From: Bacteroidales bacterium
Lineage (GTDB): Bacteria > Bacteroidota > Bacteroidia > Bacteroidales > UBA3663
Reading direction: 5' to 3'
Assembly (NCBI GenBank): GCA_016293065.1
Contig: JAEDEY010000001.1
Span: forward strand, 7,156-71,155
Length of the DNA stretch: 64,000 nucleotides
Position numbers and translations under genes: made by a program. The notes below the pieces were generated by a model, which worked only from the letters and a program-made list of their open reading frames with translations, had not been told where the DNA came from and ran no database searches. Shown here one piece after another: positions 24,774 to 34,271 of this stretch (position 1 is its first letter; each line of letters starts with the position of its first letter).

Positions 24774-27227
24774 ATGAGATTTGTGTTGATAATATACGAA
24801 TATCTGCAAAGGCATCGCTTTTTGTGTTTTGTCTCGCTGATAGCAATCATAAGTGTGCTTGTCATGTCGGCACTTCGTCTTGACTTCAAGGAAGACATCA
24901 CCGACTTTCTGCCAACCGACAAAGACTATCAGGAGTCGATGAAGATCTATCAGGAGGTTGTTGCAGCCGACAAGATCGTGCTACTGTTTTCGTTGGCCGA
25001 TAGTTCACAACATGACCAGCAGAAGATTGTTGATGCTGTGATGAAATTCGGAGATGTTCTGGCAGAGCGCGATACATCTGGATGGATTGCGAACTATGAG
25101 CCGCATGTCGATGCAGGGCAGATTACCGACATCTTTGATTATGTCTATGCCCATCTGCCTTATTATCTGACAGCCGATGATTATTCACGCATCGACTCGC
25201 TGTGGAACGATGATAGCTTCCTTAAAGAAAGAATGAACTGGGTTAAGGAGCAGATAGCGTCACCTGTGAGTGCCTTGTTCGAGCCGATGTATGTGCTCGA
25301 TCCTTTGGGAATGGGCGAAAGCATTGCGACGATGCTCAAAGACTTTCAGCCAGAGACGAGATATAATCAATATAACGGGTTCATTTTCACGGCCGACAAT
25401 AAGAAATGCCTGGTTTCGATAAAATCACCGTTTGGCGGAAGTGAGACCAATCTCAATGCTCAGCTTATCGCTTTGCTCAACGAAGCCAAACAAGAAATAA
25501 ATGCAGATGGGATAGATGTCAGTTTTGTCGGCTCGCCTGTCATTGCTGTTGACAATGCCTCACAAATAAAGCACGACACTATCATAGCAATAGCCGTTTC
25601 GGCTGTGCTGATATTACTGCTTTTGCTCTTCACCTTTCATAATCTTCGTTCGTTGCTTCTCATTGCCATCACTACAGCCTTTGGTTTTCTCTTTGCCTTG
25701 GGAAGTATGGGGCTGTTGCGCAGCGACATTTCGCTCATCGTAGTGGGCATCGCATCTATTATCATAGGCATTGCCGTCAACTATCCTCTTCACTATGTGT
25801 GTCACCTGAAGGAATATGATAACCGACGAACATTGAAAGACCTTGTTGCTCCTTTGCTCATCGGCAATATTACAACTGTTGGCGCCTTCCTCACTCTTGT
25901 TCTTTTGGAAGCTGTTGCTATTCGCGATTTGGGTTTGTTTAGTGCGCTGATGCTCGTGGGCACAATCATCTTTGTCATCATCTTTCTTCCACAGATCAAT
26001 ATTATGAAATCGGGCGTACAGATCGACGATGGTGACAACCACACTTCGGCGATTACGAGACTTGTCGATCGAATCACGGCGAGCAAGATATCGGCAATAG
26101 TGATTGTGGCGTTGAGCATAGTATTCGGTTACTTTAGTCTCGACACGCAGTTCGATACCAATATGAACCACATCAACTTCATGACCGAAGAGCAGAAGAC
26201 GGAAATGGCAGTTCTCGCTTTAATGCGTGGCGAAGCTGACGGAACGACTGTATATGTCACTTCGACAGGTAGCACATACGACGAGGCAAGCCGAGGCTTG
26301 GAGTCTCTGCATGAGGTGATTGAAAAAGAAAAGGAGAGGGGGTGCATCACTCTGGTCAAGAATCCAATACGTCTGCTTCCTTCTGTAACGATGCAGAAAG
26401 AACATCTGAGATTGTGGCACGAGTTCTGGACTAATCATGACGTGAACGATGTGTTGAGAGTTGCACAAGAAGAAGGCTTTACTGACGAAGCATTCGCTGA
26501 GTTTGCCGAAATGGCCAGGATAGACGATTTGCCTGTGCTTGAATGGGAAGAGAACGAGATACTTATTTCGACAGTATTCACGGGCTTTGTGGGTGCTAAT
26601 TCCATAGTAGCGCAGCTGACAGTGCCTGAAGAAAAGGCGGCATTGGTCGAGGATGTGATAGCAAATGCAGGAAATGGAGTTGCAGAAGTCAGGGCATTTG
26701 ACCTTACTTCGCTCAATGGACGCATTGCCAGCACTTTATCGGCTGACTTCAATTATATAGGCATAGCTTGCAGTATCATAGTATTCGTGTTCCTTTGGCT
26801 GTCGTTTGGCAGGATCGAATTAGCCATTGTGGCATTCTTGCCGATGGCATTTGGCTGGTTATGGATTTTGGGAATAATGAATCTTTGCGGAATCAGCTTC
26901 AATATTGTAAATATCATCCTTGCCACTTTCATCTTCGGACAGGGCGACGACTATACCATATTCATCACCGAAGGCTTAATCAAGGACTATCGCAGTGGAG
27001 GCAAGATACTTATTTCATACCAGAAGAGCATCATTCTCTCGGCTCTCATCATGTTTGTCGGCATCGGTTCGCTCATCTTTGCCAAGCATCCAGCCATGCA
27101 TTCGCTTGCCGAAGTGACCATCATAGGCATGGCGGTGGTGGTGCTGATGGCATGGATAGTACCACCAATAGCATTCAACCTCTTTGTCAAATATGACAAG
27201 AGGTTGAGAGAGTATCTTAAGAGATAA
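24774..27227 (+). CDS. MMPL/RND-superfamily predicted exporter (COG4258-like)
   Basis: 817 aa from 'MRFVLIIYEYLQRHRF'. Two blocks of about 5-6 TM helices, each preceded by a large soluble loop, which is the RND/MMPL architecture. Confidence 0.7.
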   Translation: MRFVLIIYEYLQRHRFLCFVSLIAIISVLVMSALRLDFKEDITDFLPTDKDYQESMKIYQEVVAADKIVLLFSLADSSQHDQQKIVDAVMKFGDVLAERDTSGWIANYEPHVDAGQITDIFDYVYAHLPYYLTADDYSRIDSLWNDDSFLKERMNWVKEQIASPVSALFEPMYVLDPLGMGESIATMLKDFQPETRYNQYNGFIFTADNKKCLVSIKSPFGGSETNLNAQLIALLNEAKQEINADGIDVSFVGSPVIAVDNASQIKHDTIIAIAVSAVLILLLLLFTFHNLRSLLLIAITTAFGFLFALGSMGLLRSDISLIVVGIASIIIGIAVNYPLHYVCHLKEYDNRRTLKDLVAPLLIGNITTVGAFLTLVLLEAVAIRDLGLFSALMLVGTIIFVIIFLPQINIMKSGVQIDDGDNHTSAITRLVDRITASKISAIVIVALSIVFGYFSLDTQFDTNMNHINFMTEEQKTEMAVLALMRGEADGTTVYVTSTGSTYDEASRGLESLHEVIEKEKERGCITLVKNPIRLLPSVTMQKEHLRLWHEFWTNHDVNDVLRVAQEEGFTDEAFAEFAEMARIDDLPVLEWEENEILISTVFTGFVGANSIVAQLTVPEEKAALVEDVIANAGNGVAEVRAFDLTSLNGRIASTLSADFNYIGIACSIIVFVFLWLSFGRIELAIVAFLPMAFGWLWILGIMNLCGISFNIVNIILATFIFGQGDDYTIFITEGLIKDYRSGGKILISYQKSIILSALIMFVGIGSLIFAKHPAMHSLAEVTIIGMAVVVLMAWIVPPIAFNLFVKYDKRLREYLKR

Positions 27228-27230
27228 GAA

Positions 27231-27845
27231 TCAGAAGAGGCCGAAGAGTAATCTGTCTATCTTGTCAGTAATGACCGAAAAATCTGAAGGATTCTCTTTG
27301 AAATCAAGATTATCGACATTAATTGTCAAGACCTTGCCCTTGTATTTGTTGAAGATGAAGTCTTCGTACCGCTTATTGAGGTTGGTGAGATATTCGATCG
27401 AGATTGTCTGCTCATAGTCTCTTCCTCGTTTCTGGATATTGGCAACAAGGTGAGGAACTGATGCTTGCAGATATATCATGAAGTCGGGATAATCAACGAG
27501 GTTGGTCATCTGTTCAAACAGTTCCATATATGTGTCGAAATCTCTTTCCGAGAGATTTCCCATTGCCCTGTTGTTGGCAGTGAAGACATATACACCCTCG
27601 TAGATCGAACGGTCTTGAACCACGGTATCCTTATGCTTTGCAATCTCAAGAATATCTCTGAAGCGGTGTTTCAGGAAGAAAATTTCGAGATTGAAGCACC
27701 AGCGCTTCATGTCCTTGTAATAATCTTCGATATAAGGATTGTTGTCTATTTCCTCGAAACGCGGAATCCAGTTATAATGTTTGCAAAGCATCTTGGTTAG
27801 GGTTGTCTTTCCTGACCCGATGTTTCCGGCAATTGCGATGTGCAT
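27231..27845 (-). CDS. Deoxynucleoside kinase
   Basis: 'IAIAGNIGSGKTTLTKML' P-loop, the 'ERS' motif in 'DRSIYEG', and 204 aa, typical of the dAK/dGK family. Confidence 0.85.
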   Translation of the reverse strand: MHIAIAGNIGSGKTTLTKMLCKHYNWIPRFEEIDNNPYIEDYYKDMKRWCFNLEIFFLKHRFRDILEIAKHKDTVVQDRSIYEGVYVFTANNRAMGNLSERDFDTYMELFEQMTNLVDYPDFMIYLQASVPHLVANIQKRGRDYEQTISIEYLTNLNKRYEDFIFNKYKGKVLTINVDNLDFKENPSDFSVITDKIDRLLFGLF

Positions 27846-27853
27846 GGTCGATG

Positions 27854-30034
27854 TTAATTGGCTATTTCAGAAATGAACTTGATACGCACCAAGCGGATTT
27901 CGCGATCTTCATAGACGCTGCCCATCTCCTTGTAAGCTGCTTCAAGGTTATCGTCTTGAGACTCCTTAAAGTACTGATAGAGTTCTTCTACGTCTTCCGG
28001 ATCCATGACATCGGCAAGGAAATAGTCGATATTCAGGCGCGTACCACTTGAGATGATAGCTTCTATCTCGGTAAGCAAGTCATCAAAATCGACGTGCAGC
28101 GATTCTGCAATATCGTCGAGAGGAATACGTCGGTCGATAGATTGAATGATAGATACCTTTATCTTCGACTTATTAGCCACAGTGCGCACACGGAAGTCCT
28201 CTGGACGTTCTATTTCGTTTTCGTCGCAGTGTTTCTTGATGAGGCTGCAGAACTCCTCGCCATATCGCTTTGCCTTTCCTGCTCCCACACCAGGTACATT
28301 CTGAAGTTCCTCGATGGTGATAGGATAGGTGGTAGCCATAGCTTCGAGCGACGGATCCTGGAAGATGACATAAGGAGGCAGGTTGAGACGCTTAGCCACT
28401 TCCTTGCGCAGATCCTTGAGCATACCATAGAGAGCCTCGTCGGCAGCAGCCGAAGCGCCATTGCCCTTGAGTTCTACTTCGTCGGCATCTTCTTCGTCGT
28501 CCGACTCTACTACTATATTGAACGACTTGGGGTTAGACAGGAATCGCTTACCGGCAGCTGTTACCTTGATCAAGCCGTATGACTCAATCTCGCGGTTGAG
28601 ATACTTTGCCACCAAAGCCTGACGGATCACACTATGCCAAAGGTCGGCTGGCTCATCGTTGCCAGTACCGAAACATTCGAGCTGGTCGTGTTTGTTGAAT
28701 GCCACCTCGTCAGTCTTGATACCCTCCATAACCGTCACGATGTAGTCTTGCTTGCATTTCTCTTTTAGCTGCAAAACAGTCTCGAGCACGGCACATAGCA
28801 ATTCTTTTGCCTCGATGTGTTTCTTTGGCTTACGGCAGTTGTCGCAGTTGCCACATTCTTCTTCCTTATAGTCTTCTCCGAAATAGTGGAGGAGAGCCTT
28901 GCGTCGGCACATGCTTGTTTCGGCATAAGCCTGAGTCTCGCGCAGGAGCAACTTGCCAATTTCCTTTTCCGAATCGACCTTGTTTTGCATGAACTTCTCG
29001 AGTTTGAAAAGGTCTTTGTCGCTATAGAAAGAGATACATTCTCCTTCGCCACCGTCGCGGCCGGCTCGACCTGTCTCCTGATAATAGCCTTCGAGACTCT
29101 TTGGCATATCATAATGAATTACATAACGCACATCAGGTTTGTCAATGCCCATGCCGAATGCGATGGTTGCCACTATCACATCGACACGTTCCATGAGGAA
29201 GTCATCCTGATATTGCGTACGGGTGTCGCTGTCCATACCTGCATGATACGGACGGCACGAGATATTGTTGGCAACCAGAACCTCGGCAAGTTCCTCGACT
29301 TTCTTGCGGCTCAGGCAATAGATGATGCCCGATTTGCCAGAATGTTGCTTGATATATTTAATAATGTCTCGATCGATATTGTCTGTCTTATGGCGTACTT
29401 CATAATAAAGGTTCGGACGGTTGAACGAAGACTTGAAAGTAGAAGCCTTCTGGATTCCGAGATTCTTCATGATATCGTGTTGCACCTTGACAGTTGCCGT
29501 TGCAGTGAGAGCAATGACAGGACGTTGTCCAATCTTGTTTATTACAGGACGGATATTTCGGTATTCAGGACGGAAATCGTGCCCCCATTCCGAGATGCAA
29601 TGAGCCTCGTCGATTGCAAAGAACGACACCTTGATAGAACTGAGGAACTCGATGTTTTCAGGCTTGTTGAGAGACTCTGGCGCTACATACAGAAGCTTAG
29701 TCTTGCCCGAAACAATATCGGCCTTGACTTGGTCGATAGCCGTCTTGGTGAGTGAAGAATTAATGAAATGAGCCACATTGTCATCTTCGCTGAAGTTACG
29801 CATTGCATCTACCTGATTTTTCATCAGGGCTATCAGAGGCGATATGACTATGGCTGTACCCTCCATCAACAACGATGGAAGCTGATAACACAAGGATTTG
29901 CCGCCACCGGTAGGCATGAGCACAAATGTGTCGTTGCCATCCATGAGGTTGCGTATGATAGCTTCTTGATTGCCTTTAAAATTGTCAAAACCGAAATGTA
30001 GTTTTAAACTCTGTTGCAAATTTTTATCTGCCAT
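27854..30034 (-). CDS. recQ: ATP-dependent DNA helicase RecQ
   Basis: 'PTGGGKSLCYQ', DEAH box 'FAIDEAHCISEWGHDFRPEY', Zn-binding 'CRRKALLHYFGE...CGNCDNC', and a C-terminal HRDC region. Start at ATG 30034 ('MADKNLQQSL'). Confidence 0.95.
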   Translation of the reverse strand: MADKNLQQSLKLHFGFDNFKGNQEAIIRNLMDGNDTFVLMPTGGGKSLCYQLPSLLMEGTAIVISPLIALMKNQVDAMRNFSEDDNVAHFINSSLTKTAIDQVKADIVSGKTKLLYVAPESLNKPENIEFLSSIKVSFFAIDEAHCISEWGHDFRPEYRNIRPVINKIGQRPVIALTATATVKVQHDIMKNLGIQKASTFKSSFNRPNLYYEVRHKTDNIDRDIIKYIKQHSGKSGIIYCLSRKKVEELAEVLVANNISCRPYHAGMDSDTRTQYQDDFLMERVDVIVATIAFGMGIDKPDVRYVIHYDMPKSLEGYYQETGRAGRDGGEGECISFYSDKDLFKLEKFMQNKVDSEKEIGKLLLRETQAYAETSMCRRKALLHYFGEDYKEEECGNCDNCRKPKKHIEAKELLCAVLETVLQLKEKCKQDYIVTVMEGIKTDEVAFNKHDQLECFGTGNDEPADLWHSVIRQALVAKYLNREIESYGLIKVTAAGKRFLSNPKSFNIVVESDDEEDADEVELKGNGASAAADEALYGMLKDLRKEVAKRLNLPPYVIFQDPSLEAMATTYPITIEELQNVPGVGAGKAKRYGEEFCSLIKKHCDENEIERPEDFRVRTVANKSKIKVSIIQSIDRRIPLDDIAESLHVDFDDLLTEIEAIISSGTRLNIDYFLADVMDPEDVEELYQYFKESQDDNLEAAYKEMGSVYEDREIRLVRIKFISEIAN

Positions 30035-30073
30035 TGTTTCAATATTGCTTTGCTTGCATTTATTTTTATATGG

Positions 30074-30081
30074 CAAATATA
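30074..30081 (-). promoter_or_regulatory. -7 box TATATTTG (minus strand) upstream of recQ
   Basis: The plus strand reads CAAATATA, 40 nt upstream of ATG 30034. Confidence 0.5.
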
Positions 30082-30189
30082 TATATTGTTTTATTTATCT
30101 CCAAATAAAAATTACAAAAAAAATGATTTTAAAAATAAAAAACCGCAAAATCACTTACAATTCTGCGGTATCACTATCAAACGATGATG

Positions 30190-32133
30190 TTATTTGATGT
30201 TTTCGAGCTGTTCAGAAGCCTCCATCCATTGTTCGGTCACGCTTTCGAGTTCCGATCGCAATTCGCTGTGGCGTACATATAGCGTATGGTCGTAACTGCC
30301 TTCTGGATCTATCATCTTCTGCTCAATCTCTGCAATCTTCTGCTCGAGTTTTGCTATTTTTTCTTCGGCATATTTCACCGTTTTCTCAAGCTGGTTTCTA
30401 CGTCGTTTGAGTTCTTTCTGTTCCTCGAAGTTCTTTGCTTCAGCAGGCACATTGTTAATAGAAACCTCTGGCGAATTGCGTTTGCCATCTGAGGGTCTGT
30501 CTTTCTTTTCAAGTTCCTGCAGTGAGTCGAGGTTCTTCTTTTCGAGATAATCGTATATGCCACCAAGGTGTTCCTGTACACGTTGCTTTCCGAACTCATA
30601 TACCTTGGTTACCAATCCGTCGAGGAAGTCTCGGTCGTGACTGACGATGATGGCTGTGCCGTCGAAAGCCTTAATGGCATCTTTGAGCACTTGTTTGCTC
30701 GAAATGTCAAGATGGTTGGTCGGCTCATCAAGAATGAGCAGATTGACGGTTTCGAGCAGAAGACGTATCATCGCCAATCGGCTTCGCTCGCCACCCGACA
30801 ATACCTTCACTTTCTTGTCGATGTTATCGCCACCAAACATGAATGCTCCGAGAATGTCCTTGATGCGTGTGCGAATGTCGCCCACTGCCACACGGTCGAT
30901 GGTGTCGAATACGGTCAATTCCTCGTCGAGAAGCTGAGCCTGATTCTGGGCAAAATAGCCAATCTTGACACCATGCCCGATTTTTAATATACCGTTATAT
31001 GGTATCTGGTCCATTATACATTTCACCAATGTTGACTTTCCCTCACCATTGCGACCGACAAATGCAACTTTCTCGCCTCGACGTATCATAAATTCTACAT
31101 CTTTGAAGATAAGATGGTCGCCATACGACTTTTCGACACCTTCGCATATCACGGGGAAGTCGCCCGATCGAGGTGCTGGAGGGAATTTGAGGTTAAGGCG
31201 AGAGTTATCGACTTCGTCTATCTCGATAGGCACAATCTTTTCAAGTTGTTTGATGCGGCTTTGCACCTGTATCGCTTTGGTAGCCTGATAGCGGAATCGT
31301 TCGATAAATTCACGTGTCTCTTCAATCATCTTCTGCTGATTTTCGTAAGCACGACGCTGTTGTTCAATTCGTTCGGCATGTAGCACCACATACCGGCTGT
31401 AATTCACATTGTAGTCGTGGATTGTACCGCATGTTATCTCGATAGTCCTGTTTGTCACATTGTCGAGAAAAGCTCGGTCGTGACTGATCAGCAAGACCGT
31501 AGAGCTGCTCGTGGTCAAGAATTTTTCGAGCCATTGTATTGACTCGATGTCGAGGTGGTTGGTTGGCTCGTCAAGAAGCAGAAGGTCAGGACGTTGCAAA
31601 AGAATCTTGGCAAGTTCGATACGCATACGCCAACCACCCGAGAATTCGCTCGTTGTGCGATCGAAATCTTTGCGTTCGAAACCGAGACCGAGCAAAGTCT
31701 TTTCTATCTCTGCATCACGGTTGTTTGAATTGATCATTGAGAGCTGTTCGTTGAGATTGGTCATCTCTTCAATCAGCTCCTGATATTCGGCACTTTCATA
31801 GTCAGTTCGGTCGGCAAGCTGCTGGTTCAGGCTGTCTAGGTGCTGTTCGAGTGTGATAGTATCGGAAAACGCTTTTTCAGTCTCCTGTCTAACAGTCAGC
31901 GAGTCGCTAAGCACCATGACCTGAGGAAGATAACCTATTGACAGTTCTTTAGGTTTGCTGACACGTCCGCTGGTAGGTTGTTGCAAACCTGCAATGATTT
32001 TGAGCATAGTGCTTTTGCCCGCACCATTTTTACCGACAAGAGCAATGCGATCATGACGGTTTATTACATAAGAAACATCGGTGAAAAGAGGTTTGACACC
32101 AAATTCCACCGAAAGTTTATCAATTAAAATCAT
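30190..32133 (-). CDS. ABC-F family ATPase (second paralogue in the window)
   Basis: Walker A 'GKNGAGKST' and 'GRNGEGKST', signatures 'FSGGWRMRIELA' and 'LSGGERSRLAM'. No TM domain. Coiled-coil C-terminus. Confidence 0.9.
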   Translation of the reverse strand: MILIDKLSVEFGVKPLFTDVSYVINRHDRIALVGKNGAGKSTMLKIIAGLQQPTSGRVSKPKELSIGYLPQVMVLSDSLTVRQETEKAFSDTITLEQHLDSLNQQLADRTDYESAEYQELIEEMTNLNEQLSMINSNNRDAEIEKTLLGLGFERKDFDRTTSEFSGGWRMRIELAKILLQRPDLLLLDEPTNHLDIESIQWLEKFLTTSSSTVLLISHDRAFLDNVTNRTIEITCGTIHDYNVNYSRYVVLHAERIEQQRRAYENQQKMIEETREFIERFRYQATKAIQVQSRIKQLEKIVPIEIDEVDNSRLNLKFPPAPRSGDFPVICEGVEKSYGDHLIFKDVEFMIRRGEKVAFVGRNGEGKSTLVKCIMDQIPYNGILKIGHGVKIGYFAQNQAQLLDEELTVFDTIDRVAVGDIRTRIKDILGAFMFGGDNIDKKVKVLSGGERSRLAMIRLLLETVNLLILDEPTNHLDISSKQVLKDAIKAFDGTAIIVSHDRDFLDGLVTKVYEFGKQRVQEHLGGIYDYLEKKNLDSLQELEKKDRPSDGKRNSPEVSINNVPAEAKNFEEQKELKRRRNQLEKTVKYAEEKIAKLEQKIAEIEQKMIDPEGSYDHTLYVRHSELRSELESVTEQWMEASEQLENIK

Positions 32134-32157
32134 ATCTTGAGAAACAATTCATAATCA

Positions 32158-34086
32158 TTATTTCGACATAGCCGAGAGGAGAAGCTCTTCGTTGTTTTCT
32201 GTACGTGAGAGCAGCTTCGACAATTCCTCCATTGCCTCGACTGAAGTATGTTCGGCGAGGTGTCGGCGAAGGATCCACATACGACGAGATATTGCATCGT
32301 CGAGGAGAAGGTCGTCGCGACGTGTGCTCGAAGCCAGCAGATCGACGGCAGGGAAGATGCGCTTGTTGGCAATCTTTCGGTCGAGCACCAGTTCCATGTT
32401 GCCTGTGCCCTTGAACTCCTCGAAGATAACCTCGTCCATCTTTGATCCTGTTTCGATGAGAGCTGTTGCGATGATGGTGAGAGAACCTCCATTCTCGATG
32501 TTTCTTGCTGCACCAAAGAAACGTTTTGGTTTCTGGAGTGCGTTGGCCTCTACACCACCTGAAAGAACTTTTCCCGACGACGGCGAAACGGTGTTGTATG
32601 CGCGGGCAAGACGAGTGATAGAGTCGAGAAGAATCACTACATCATGTCCACATTCTGTCAGACGCTTAGCTTTCTCAATTACCATATCAGCCACCTTGAC
32701 ATGGCGATCGGCTGGTTCGTCGAACGTAGAAGCGATGACTTCTGCATTAACACTTCGTTGCATGTCGGTTACTTCCTCTGGACGTTCGTCGATGAGCAGA
32801 ATGATCATATAGACTTCTGGATGATTGTAGCTGATGGCATTAGCTATCTCTTTGAGCAATACTGTCTTACCAGCTTTTGGAGGAGCCACAATCAACGCTC
32901 GTTGTCCCTTGCCGATAGGTGCAAACATATCTATGACACGGCAAGAATGGCTGTCGTTATGACCCTTGCATAATTTGAATTTCTCGTCAGGGAAGAGAGG
33001 TGTGAGATGTTCGAACGATATACGGTCGCGCACGAACTCCACAGTACGGCCGTTGATACTTGTAATGTCAACAAGAGGATAGTTGTGTTCACCAGCGTGA
33101 GGTGGACGGATAGGACCCTCGATCACATCACCCTGCTTGAGGTTATTCTGTTTGATCTGCTGCTGAGACACATAGATGTCATCAGGAGAGGCAAAATAAT
33201 TGTAATCGCTCGAACGGAGGAAGCCAAATCCATCAGGCATTATTTCCAAAACGCCACATGCAGTCAGTACACCGTCAAATTCTTCTGGCTTTGCTCCATA
33301 GTCTTCAGCAAGGATATCTTCGTATTCTTCTTCTGTATCTGCATCTGCAGTGTTTGTCTCTACTATCTTCTGAGGTTCAGTCTCAACAACCGGTTTGGTT
33401 TCGACAGGTGCAGGGGTATTCTGTTGATTATTATTGTTTTTTGATTTATTTTTCTTCTGCCTATTCTGCTTTTCTTTTTTATAATTGTTGCGGCTCGATG
33501 AGTTATTGCCAAAGAGGTCGGCAAAAGCGTTCTTGTTCTGCTCAATAAGTTGTTGAGTAGCATAGATGTCGTCTTCAGGATATGCTGGCTGAGCAGCCTC
33601 TTCGACAACTGGCTCTTCATAATAATCATCCTCTGCTGGTTCAAGTCCTTCTTCGGCAGGATAGTATGGCATATCCTGGTAAGCCATTTCTTCTTCAGGA
33701 TAATAATCATTATACCCTTCGTTTAAAGCCTCATCAGGCTGATTGTTGTCGGCAGGTTGTTCATCTGTGTTGTTCTGCTCCACAACATCTTCATCTCCTT
33801 CTTCTGTAGGAGATTGAGTTTGAATCAATGCCAAATCGCCATTTGATATTTTATTTTCTAAATCAGCCACATACGACAGATATTGTTCGGCATCCATGAC
33901 AGCACGAGACTTACGTCCTCGACCACGGGGAGCCGAGACAACCTTCTCCAGTTCGGAGATACGTTCGAGAATTTGATGGATGAAGTGTTCTTGATCGTTG
34001 TGATCAGCGTTTCTTACCTTGATGTTATTTGCCAAATTGAGAAGCTCCATGACATCGATGGAGTTCAATGTTTCGAATGAAACCAT
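32158..34086 (-). CDS. rho: Transcription termination factor Rho with a large N-terminal insertion
   Basis: CSD-like '[15 protein letters not shown]', Walker A '[11 protein letters not shown]', '[10 protein letters not shown]' and '[12 protein letters not shown]'. About 210 aa of acidic and N/K/Q-rich low-complexity sequence lie between the N-terminal helix bundle and the RNA-binding domain. Confidence 0.95.
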   Translation of the reverse strand: MVSFETLNSIDVMELLNLANNIKVRNADHNDQEHFIHQILERISELEKVVSAPRGRGRKSRAVMDAEQYLSYVADLENKISNGDLALIQTQSPTEEGDEDVVEQNNTDEQPADNNQPDEALNEGYNDYYPEEEMAYQDMPYYPAEEGLEPAEDDYYEEPVVEEAAQPAYPEDDIYATQQLIEQNKNAFADLFGNNSSSRNNYKKEKQNRQKKNKSKNNNNQQNTPAPVETKPVVETEPQKIVETNTADADTEEEYEDILAEDYGAKPEEFDGVLTACGVLEIMPDGFGFLRSSDYNYFASPDDIYVSQQQIKQNNLKQGDVIEGPIRPPHAGEHNYPLVDITSINGRTVEFVRDRISFEHLTPLFPDEKFKLCKGHNDSHSCRVIDMFAPIGKGQRALIVAPPKAGKTVLLKEIANAISYNHPEVYMIILLIDERPEEVTDMQRSVNAEVIASTFDEPADRHVKVADMVIEKAKRLTECGHDVVILLDSITRLARAYNTVSPSSGKVLSGGVEANALQKPKRFFGAARNIENGGSLTIIATALIETGSKMDEVIFEEFKGTGNMELVLDRKIANKRIFPAVDLLASSTRRDDLLLDDAISRRMWILRRHLAEHTSVEAMEELSKLLSRTENNEELLLSAMSK

Positions 34087-34232
34087 AAAGAGTATTTGTT
34101 GTTATTTCCTACAATCTATTATACACACTTTTCAAAACAGAGATTGTGAGGACGAAAAGACAATAAAATATAATGTGATTTGCAAAACAGAAATAAGAGA
34201 ATCATCAATGGTATATTATCTGCTTTGCGGTG

Positions 34233-34240
34233 CAAATATA
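34233..34240 (-). promoter_or_regulatory. -7 box TATATTTG (minus strand) upstream of rho
   Basis: The plus strand reads CAAATATA, about 147 nt upstream of the rho ATG, implying a long leader. Confidence 0.5.
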
Positions 34241-34271
34241 CGGATAATCTCGATTTTTACCAAATTTTTGG

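Noticed and set aside
24622-24846. N-terminal extension of the carrier-protein ORF (150 aa in the ORF track)
   Set aside because: The extension is translated from AT-rich divergent promoter DNA containing both -7 boxes. A 75-aa product from ATG 24621 matches normal ACP size.
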